Shown here in pieces: positions 1-7,100 of a stretch of DNA of 11,127 nucleotides (position 1 is its first letter; the number at the start of each line of letters is the position of its first letter). The notes under the pieces were generated by a model. It was not told where the DNA came from and ran no database searches. It saw nothing but the letters and a program-made list of their open reading frames with translations. The stretch is taken from NCBI GenBank assembly GCA_031414955.1, contig JANOQV010000291.1:1-11127 (forward strand), read 5' to 3'. Source of the stretch: Pedosphaera sp. Its GTDB lineage: Bacteria; Verrucomicrobiota; Verrucomicrobiia; Limisphaerales; SIBH01. The translations under genes and the position numbers were made by a program.

Positions 1-82
1 AGACCTCGTCGTAGCGTTTGGTCTGCGGGGCCGGCGGGGTCGTGCCGGCTTCGGTCTTCTCGGTCTTGTTGCTTTTTTTCAT
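1..82 (-). CDS. IS3-family transposase OrfA, N-terminal fragment (partial)
   Basis: ATG at 82-80 gives MKKSNKTEKTEAGTTPPAPQTKRYDEV..., open to the edge. KRYDEV(F) fits the usual 'RRY(S/D)xEFK' start of the IS3 OrfA HTH. It lies just inside the IR-like end. Confidence 0.65.
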   Translation of the reverse strand, partial: MKKSNKTEKTEAGTTPPAPQTKRYDEV

Positions 83-140
83 GGGCGCTTTGGAATTAGC
101 GCCCCGCCTCCAAGGTGTCCATCAAACCGGGTGAAGCCCA
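1..140 (-). mobile_element. Left end of an IS3-family insertion sequence (runs off the window edge)
   Basis: Minus strand from 140 reads TGGGCTTCACCCGGTTTGATGGACACC. The 5'-TG terminus and internal GGACAC resemble IS3-group terminal inverted repeats (recalled IS3 IRL TGATCTTACCCAGCAATAGTGGACAC). An OrfA-like start follows at 82. The other end is not visible. Confidence 0.75.
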
Positions 141-150
141 GAAAGCCCAA

Positions 151-201
151 TTACCCGCAGCCGTCGGCCAAGGCGTGAATACGGCTAAGTTCAGTGTTCA
201 T
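151..201 (-). pseudogene. Relic start of a third Rhs C-terminal module (MNTELSRIHALADGCG*)
   Basis: ATGAACACTGAACT is identical to the first 14 nt of module B at 2131. Translation MNTELSRIHALADG vs MNTELSRIGSLVDD. It sits just downstream of an immunity-like gene, as module B does. TAA at 153-151, IS end 10 bp further on. Confidence 0.8.
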
Positions 202-242
202 AACTCCGGCTTCACATCTGCGGCCCATATGATTGCCGTCGG

Positions 243-623
243 TCACTTCTTCAAGCGATTTGTAGATAATGGGAAAGTCGGAACGCCGTATTGCTCTGGT
301 GCGAAAGGATTTTCTTGCCTGTACTTCTTCATCGCCTCGAGAGTGCGCAATGCGACGCTCGAGATATTTTCTGATTTGATCAGTGAAAAATCTGCCAGTT
401 TGCTGTTTAGCGCCATTTCCAATGCTAATCTCGCGTCATTCGATTGATTGCGATTTAAGCGATCCACGGCAGTCAGCAAGAACCCACCGTCGGAAGCTAA
501 TGCCGTCGCCTTTGTAATTTGGTCGCGAGTTTCTGCATTCTTACTCCGCAAGCCGAAGAAAATGCTTGTTGAGGCGACGCCGAGCAACAATGAAAGCAAG
601 GCTAAAAACAACTTGAGCTTCAT
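243..623 (-). CDS. Putative immunity protein for module B tip (126 aa, N-terminal signal/TM segment)
   Basis: ATG at 623 overlaps the module B stop (ATGA coupling), so it is preferred over the longer 668 start. MKLKLFLALLSLLLGVASTSIFFGLR is a basic residue plus hydrophobic helix. Low GC. Position is typical of Rhs immunity genes. Confidence 0.7.
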   Translation of the reverse strand: MKLKLFLALLSLLLGVASTSIFFGLRSKNAETRDQITKATALASDGGFLLTAVDRLNRNQSNDARLALEMALNSKLADFSLIKSENISSVALRTLEAMKKYRQENPFAPEQYGVPTFPLSTNRLKK

Positions 624-2131
624 GGCTTTTCGAGCCCAGCTGCGCACACGGCCGCCTGGGCAGCACAAAGAGCAAGACAGGAGAAGAATTTATCTCCTGT
701 GGGGTCCGGGGTTTTACCTCCAGGATATGACCATTGGGCGAAACAGCAGGCTTCGCATGATTTCTTATACTCGTTGCAAACCGTTGGATCTCCTAAAATC
801 GGAGGTGCTTGCCAGCAGTCTTCGATTTTTTCCGGATCTTCTTTTGGTTTCGGTGGCTTAGGCTTGGAGCAGCCAGTACCAATGATCACTATTACGCAGA
901 TGCAAATTAGAATAGGAATGATACTCCCAGTTGGGTCCACAAAATCTCGCGGTGAATTCAGACAGTATATGTACAGGTTGTTGGAATCTTGATACTGTTC
1001 TGGATCGCGTGTCAGCCACCTACCCAATCCCGGATGCAGATACCTGTTCCTAACCTGATACAATCCCGTCTCCCCATCCCAGCGATAGGCCCCAAAGCGC
1101 GTCTCCCACTCGTAGCTGGAACTGGTCTGGGTGACAAAGCTCGCGTCCATCACCCGCGAGGTGCCAAACGCCTCATAACCATACCGCTCCAGCACCACGC
1201 CGCTCGTGTCCGTCACCGCCGTGGGCTGAAAATAATCTTGGATCACATATAGCCGTTCGCTGCCCCGGTCCCGCAGCACCAGGTCATCCGTATAACGAAC
1301 GCCCCAGACAAACTGCCGGTCCGCCGTCGTGCCGGCATTCAGCCGCTCCTCGATGATCTGCCACTGCGCCGTGTAATAGTAGTGCCGAGTGTCGCTGCCC
1401 GTGGTCTTGATCACCCGCCGGTTCAACCCGTCATAGCGATAGGTGGCCACCGTGGTGCTGACATCGTTGACTTGTACCAGTCGGTTCCAGGCGTCGTACT
1501 TCAGGTCGTAGCCTGCGCCCCAGTTGTCTGGCTTGGGCACCTTGGTCATGTTCCCCGCCGCATCCTCCGCCACCAGCGCGCTGGAACTGTCGATCTGTGT
1601 CAGTTCGTTGGCCGCGTTGTGGGTGCGCGTCTGCGGCGTGCCCGCATTCACCACATATTGGTTCCAGTTCCCCGTGGGATCGAAGGTGAACTGCTCCCGC
1701 CCAGCCAGCGTCCCGCTCACGATCCCGCTGTTCCCATTGTTCAGCTCTCCGCGCTGGAAATCACTCAACTGATCAAGGCCATCGTAAGCGTACAGTTCAT
1801 CCTGCCGCCCGCTGGCCCCGGCCACCGCATTCCGGCGATACAGGCGGTTGTCCGCCCGGTCGTAGCCGTGCTTCAGGCGTTCCAACTCCGCGCCGCTGCT
1901 GTTCTTGATCCAGCGCAGGTCGATGGCCCGGCCAAAGCGATCCCAACCCGTATACTGGTCGCCCCCGTCGCCATCCGGCTCGCTGCCCTGCTTGATCCAG
2001 GTGAACTTTGTCCCCGGCTGCGCAAAATCCACCTGCGCCGTCCGGTTCACCCCCAGATACGTGTACTCCGCCACATGCGTCGGCCCATCATCGTCCACCA
2101 AGGAACCAATGCGCGAGAGTTCAGTGTTCAT
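620..2131 (-). CDS. Rhs module B: C-terminal core (YD repeats plus RHS-associated core) with variable Cys-rich tip, 503 aa
   Basis: YD repeats (YDRADNR, YDAWNR, YDGLNRR). Core-end signature RYGYEAFG...GLYQVRNRYLHPGLGRWLTRDP...NLYIYCLNSPRDFVDPTG, with DPTG at 937-926. About 100 aa of unique tip follow. Confidence 0.93.
   Translation of the reverse strand: MNTELSRIGSLVDDDGPTHVAEYTYLGVNRTAQVDFAQPGTKFTWIKQGSEPDGDGGDQYTGWDRFGRAIDLRWIKNSSGAELERLKHGYDRADNRLYRRNAVAGASGRQDELYAYDGLDQLSDFQRGELNNGNSGIVSGTLAGREQFTFDPTGNWNQYVVNAGTPQTRTHNAANELTQIDSSSALVAEDAAGNMTKVPKPDNWGAGYDLKYDAWNRLVQVNDVSTTVATYRYDGLNRRVIKTTGSDTRHYYYTAQWQIIEERLNAGTTADRQFVWGVRYTDDLVLRDRGSERLYVIQDYFQPTAVTDTSGVVLERYGYEAFGTSRVMDASFVTQTSSSYEWETRFGAYRWDGETGLYQVRNRYLHPGLGRWLTRDPEQYQDSNNLYIYCLNSPRDFVDPTGSIIPILICICVIVIIGTGCSKPKPPKPKEDPEKIEDCWQAPPILGDPTVCNEYKKSCEACCFAQWSYPGGKTPDPTGDKFFSCLALCAAQAAVCAAGLEKP
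1002..2131. repeat. ~1.13 kb direct repeat, copy B (Rhs core end)
   Basis: Aligns to 3037-4166 at a constant offset of 2035 wherever checked. It includes a 140-bp identical tract (1830-1969 vs 3865-4004). Similarity falls after the TRDP codons. Confidence 0.95.
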
Positions 2132-2184
2132 GATGAGTGTTGATTGTTAGAACTGATCCATTTCACTTCGAAGTTTCCACAATG

Positions 2185-2613
2185 CTACGTTGGATTGGAG
2201 AGAGGCTTATCCACTTCAAACCAGCCGAAGCCTTCAGCTTCTGTTGAAGACGTAGGAACGCCAAGAGCTTTTGCGGCTGCCTTGGTTGCAGCTAGACAAA
2301 AGCCCACAGTAGCCGCGCTTTGGAGATCCCGGCCTTCGAATGCGGTGAAGTGATAATCGAATGGTTCGGCGTATATCCTCCGCAGATGCACTACTCCATT
2401 GACCGCAGCAAGTGTGCATTGGATATAAATCTCCTCGGAAGACTTTGTATATTCGGTGCCAGCAATCAAAGAAGGGGGCAACGTCGAAGTGAAGTGTGGC
2501 ATTTTAGGGTCGGTGCCGAGGCAAATTGAAATGCCGACTTTCACATAAATTTCGCCCGCATCGACTGATTTTTTGAGCTCTACGACCGCAGTTAGTGGAG
2601 GGGGCACGTTCAC
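2185..2613 (-). CDS. Putative immunity protein for module A tip (142 aa)
   Basis: Small low-GC ORF (GTG start, uncertain) 26 bp downstream of module A's stop. It fills most of the gap between modules A and B. No obvious signal peptide. Confidence 0.65.
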   Translation of the reverse strand: MNVPPPLTAVVELKKSVDAGEIYVKVGISICLGTDPKMPHFTSTLPPSLIAGTEYTKSSEEIYIQCTLAAVNGVVHLRRIYAEPFDYHFTAFEGRDLQSAATVGFCLAATKAAAKALGVPTSSTEAEGFGWFEVDKPLSNPT

Positions 2614-2639
2614 AGATTAAAGTAAGCTTGTTTGATAAA

Positions 2640-4166
2640 TCAATAAGGGATGCAGTGGAAGGTAGGGGACTCAAATTCTATGCAGGGTACTGATACGGGC
2701 ACCTCAATGGTCGTATGGATGATCCTGCCATCAGGATAAAAACAGATGTAATTGCACAGCTTCCTTCTTGGAGTTGTGGAACGAGTTTTGACAATTTCCT
2801 CCTCAGTCTTTTCGCATGTCTTTTTGCATTTGTTGTAAATCCACTTCGTTAAGAGATAAACGTCCACCGCGAGCAGAACCCATCCAACGCCTGGAATGAA
2901 CTTAGTTACCACTCTGGTGGCAACAAATTTTAAGACCGGGGCTGCGCACGCTGCGGCAAGACCCAGGGCGTCAATCTCATTTGTAGGTCGATTGTGGCAA
3001 TAATCGAAAAGGTTCAGCCCATCGCTGTATTCAATCGGATCTCGTGTCATCCACCTCCCCAATCCCGGATGCAGATACCTGTTCCTGACCTGATACAGTC
3101 CCGTCTCCCCATCCCAGCGATAGGCCCCAAAGCGCGTCTCCCAATCGTAGCTGGAAGCTGTCTGTGTCCCGAAGCTCGCGTCCATCACCCGCGAGGTGCC
3201 AAACGCCTCGTAACCATAACGCTCCAGCACCACCCCGCTGGTGTTGGTCACCGCCGTGGGCTGGAAGTAATCCTGAATCGCGTAGAGCCGTTCACTGCCC
3301 CGGTCCCGCAGCACCAGATCATCCGTGTAACGAACGCCCCAGACAAACTGCCGGTCCGCCGTCGTGCTGGAATTCAACCGCTCCTCAATGATCTGCCACT
3401 GGTCCGTGTAATAGTAGTGCCGCGTGTCGCTCCCCGTGGTCTTGGTCACCCGCCGGTTCAGCCCGTCGTAGCGGTAGGTCGCCACTGTCGTGCTCCCGTC
3501 CTTCACCTCCACCACCCGGTTCCAGGCATCGCACTTCAGATCATGGGCGCTGGACCAACTCCCCGGCTTGGGTGCCCGGGTCATGTTCCCTGCCGCGTCC
3601 TCCGCCACCAGCGCGCTGGAACTGTCGATCTGCGTCAGTTCGTTGGCCGCGTTGTGGGTGCGCGTCTGCGGTGTGCCGGCATTGACCACATACTGGTTCC
3701 AGTTCCCCGTGGGATCGAAGGTGAACTGCTCCCGCCCAGCCAGCGTCCCGCTCACGATCCCGCTGTTCCCGTTGTTCAACTCACCGCGCTGGAAATCACT
3801 CAACTGGTAAAGGCCATCGTAGGCGTACAGTTCATCCTGCCGCCCGCTAGCCCCGGCCACCACGTTCCGGCGATACAGGCGGTTGTCCGCCCGGTCGTAG
3901 CCGTGCTTCAGGCGTTCCAACTCCGCGCCGCTGCTGTTCTTGATCCAGCGCAGGTCGATGGCCCGGCCAAAGCGATCCCAACCCGTATACTGGTCGCCCC
4001 CGTCCCCATCTGGCTCGCTGCCCTGCTTTATCCAAGTGAACTTCGTCCCCGGCTGCGCGAAATCCACCTGCGCCGTCCGGTCTACCCCTAGATAGGTGTA
4101 CTCCACCAAGACGGTCGTCCCGTCGTCGTCCACCAGGGAACCAATCCGCGAAAGTTCACTGTTCAT
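2640..4166 (-). CDS. Rhs module A: C-terminal core with variable tip, 508 aa; in frame with the upstream Rhs ORF
   Basis: Same core motifs as module B, ending NLFDYCHNRPTNEIDALGL (PxxxxDxxG at 2972-2961), then a 105-aa tip. GGAG at 4178-4175 lies 8 nt before the ATG. Confidence 0.93.
   Translation of the reverse strand: MNSELSRIGSLVDDDGTTVLVEYTYLGVDRTAQVDFAQPGTKFTWIKQGSEPDGDGGDQYTGWDRFGRAIDLRWIKNSSGAELERLKHGYDRADNRLYRRNVVAGASGRQDELYAYDGLYQLSDFQRGELNNGNSGIVSGTLAGREQFTFDPTGNWNQYVVNAGTPQTRTHNAANELTQIDSSSALVAEDAAGNMTRAPKPGSWSSAHDLKCDAWNRVVEVKDGSTTVATYRYDGLNRRVTKTTGSDTRHYYYTDQWQIIEERLNSSTTADRQFVWGVRYTDDLVLRDRGSERLYAIQDYFQPTAVTNTSGVVLERYGYEAFGTSRVMDASFGTQTASSYDWETRFGAYRWDGETGLYQVRNRYLHPGLGRWMTRDPIEYSDGLNLFDYCHNRPTNEIDALGLAAACAAPVLKFVATRVVTKFIPGVGWVLLAVDVYLLTKWIYNKCKKTCEKTEEEIVKTRSTTPRRKLCNYICFYPDGRIIHTTIEVPVSVPCIEFESPTFHCIPY
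3037..4166. repeat. ~1.13 kb direct repeat, copy A (Rhs core end)
   Basis: Partner of 1002-2131. Homology starts precisely at the ATG, and the upstream sequences are unrelated. Confidence 0.95.
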
Positions 4167-4169
4167 GGG

Positions 4170-7100
4170 TCAATCTCCGTAATCGAAGTTAAGGCCGCGG
4201 CCGTCCGGGTAGGTGATATTCGTGGGGCGAATGGTGTTCCCGGTGCCACCAACATAGCCATACTGCACGTTGGGCGTGCCGGAGCCAGCCGCGCCGCCAT
4301 GCGCCTGGCCTTCCACCTGCAATTGCGCAAACTCGTTGTAGGTGAAGGCCGACTCGTTGACTATGGTGCTGCCGGTGGCCGAATTGTAACTGGTGATCTT
4401 GGCGAGCATCCCGCGAAACTCGTAGGTGCGGCTCACGCGAAGCACCGCGTTGTCCACCGCCGAACCACTGGGCAAGGTCACACGGTCATGAGCCAGCCGC
4501 CCGAGCTTGTCGTACTCGTAAGCGTGAACGACTCCGCGTTGGTCCTTCATCTGTTTCTTCTCCCCCAACCGGTTATAGGCATACTCCACATGGTCGGTGC
4601 CGGAAAGCGGATTCGGTGAGTCGCTGGAATCGGGATAAATCACCGCGCGGAGCAACCGACTGCTGGCCACGTCGGAATCCGTGAGGGTGGTGCCATAGAC
4701 GTAAGTGGTGACTTGGTTGCCAGTCGTGGCATTGACCGCAGTGAGCGTGCCGAGATCGCCATCGGTGTTGTAAGCGTATTGGGTGGTCTTGTTGATGTCG
4801 CTGCCGCTGCCGCTAGCCTGGTAGTTTTCGATGGTCCCGGTCAGCCGCCCGGCCTGGTCGAATTCCGCCCGCTTGACTGTACCCTTCGGGTCAGTGACCT
4901 GCCACGCATTGCCGCTATCATCATAGTCGGTGGTGGTCACCAGCACGGTGTTCGAGCGGGCGGCACAAGTGGACGGGCGGGTAAGTGCGGTTCCGCCATT
5001 GGTTCCGTAGCTCGCGACGTTGCGGCCCCGGCCCAAAGCATCGGGGTAAATCGCGGAATAGCTGGCACGGGCCTTGGGCTGACTGCCGCCGGGCGTGGTC
5101 AACGGGCCGGTGCCGGTCGCATTATGGAATCGCTCACGCGTGATTTGCAGGACGACATTGCCTTCGGCATCATACGTCAATTCCTCCTGCTGCATGACGG
5201 TGTCGTTGGCCAGGTCGCCAGGCCCAAAGGCGAAGTAGCGGGCGGTGATGCGGTTCAAACCGTCGTAGACCATGGACTGGAACATCTGGCTGCCGGATGG
5301 CAGGCGGCGGATCTGGTTGCCGGCGGCATCGTACCAGTAATTGTCCGTGAGCGAATTGCCACTCGCCCCGTTCGTGCCTTGGCGAACCGTCCGATAAATG
5401 CCCCCGCGCGGGTCATATTTGTTTTCAGTCTTCCAGCCGAGCGCGCCCGTGCTGCCGGTGTCACGACGCTCCGTAAGAATCAAACGATCCAGGTTATTGT
5501 GGTTGAACATTTCGTAGAAGTCGATTTCACCATCGGTGAAAGTGCGGCGACTGCGGAAGTCATAGCCGTGGGTGGTGACGCGTGTGTCACTGTCACTGGC
5601 GAATTGCGTCACCTGGGTCAGATTTCCATTCCCGCCCGCCGCGCCACCATCGTATTGCAACGCTTCGACCTTCTTCATGTTGTTGCCGCCAGTGCCGGCC
5701 CCAGCCGGGTTAGCATAAGTAGCGCCGGAGTCATTGGTGCCGATCCACTTCTCCGCCACCCAGCCCTTGGGGTGATAGACCTGCCGGGTGATGGTGCCGC
5801 CGGGAGTCTTCTCCCGGACTTGCCGCTTCATAGTATCGTAACCAAAGCGGGTCTCGTTGAAATTCGTTCCCGCCACGCCAATGCCCGAGGACGGGATGGT
5901 GGTGTAGAGCCGTTGGAGCAAAAGTTGGCGCGAGGTTTCGTAAGCGAAGAAAGTCCACCGTACCCAGGAAGTCTGCGCGAACGTGTCGGTCGGGAGCAGC
6001 TTGCCGCTGGTGCTGGAGCGGGTCGCCTTGATTTCATCGGTGAGCCGGCTCGCGTTGTCGAACTTGCGGATGGAGACGGGATTGATCAGCGTTTCCGAGC
6101 TGTCGGAAACCTTTTGATAGCCCATGCCCTCCCACTGCTGTCGCTCATCGTCCTTGTACACCACCCAGCGCGCCCGGCGAACCGAAGTCGCGGTGCCGCT
6201 CAGGTCGATCTCGTGCGTCGGCCCCAGTTCCTGGGTCACGCGCCCGCGCTCGTCCACGGTGAAGTCCGTGATCAGGTGCAACCCGCCGCCGCTCGGTGTG
6301 CTCCAGCCGCTGGGAACGGCCGGGCTGTCCGTAATGAGGGTGGTGTTCACATCTTCGATGGTTTGCAGAACCGCCCCGGTTGAAAGGTCAAACTTGTTGC
6401 GTTTAAGAAAGCCGCGTTCGTTCTTCCTCCAAGTGTTGCGGCCATTGATATCGAAGACTTCCTCGAAGAAATCCGCCGTGCCCGATCCGTTCTGGCTGGT
6501 GGAAACAACGGGCAAAGTGGTGGTTCGTTTCTCGAACTGGGTGCTGCCCGAGAACCAGGTATAAGTGTAATCCGTGGTGGCCGCGTCTGAACCGCCACTC
6601 GCATCGCTTTGATAAACGATTTCCTTCCAGGTCAGGTTCACCGTTGAATTGCCGGCCGTGCGCGAGGCGTACTTCCATTCGCGCAACTTGGCCTCCGTGC
6701 CACTGCTGCCCTGCTTTACTTTTTCGTAGCGGAGATAACCGGCCAGTTCGCCATTGGCCAGATCGGTGGACGTGTAAAAGTCGTTCACATGGATCAGCCC
6801 GTCGCTGGATTTGAGGGTGACCAGCCCCGGATCGGACTCGGAGTAGCTCTGAACGGCGGCGGACGATCCCTTGAGCACCAGACGTCCGGCATCGTCATAC
6901 TTGAAATACTCATACCACTCGGCGGAGCCCGCCTTGAAGACCTTGAGCATCGGCTGCGTGGCGTAGTTGGTATAGACGATGTTCTGCGTGCCGTCCGTGA
7001 GGGTCTCCGTGGTCTTGGTTTTCCAGCGATTGAATCCGTCGCTGTGCGCGGAGGTGGAACGACCGAACAGGTAGCTCAATTGCGCGCCGCCCGCCTTTTC

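Noticed and set aside
133..149. GAAGCCCA/GAAAGCCCA near-tandem at the IS end as a target-site duplication
   Set aside because: One copy lies within the IS terminus itself. A TSD must flank both ends, and the other end is outside the window.
695..725. Second DPTG inside tip B (YPGGKTPDPTGD) as an extra cleavage site
   Set aside because: The spacing does not match PxxxxDPxG and the upstream RDP/NLY context is absent. It is probably chance.
2720..2740. YPDGR in tip A matching YPDGR at the end of the large ORF
   Set aside because: This is a common beta-turn pentapeptide, and the nucleotide sequences and flanks differ.
1002..4166. Diversity-generating retroelement TR/VR pair
   Set aside because: The repeats are >1 kb and both coding, the differences are not adenine-specific, and no reverse transcriptase is present.
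4130..4172. Selenocysteine recoding of the in-frame TGA
   Set aside because: Only a weak stem can be drawn downstream, with no convincing bacterial SECIS. The position is a repeat linker, not a catalytic Cys site.
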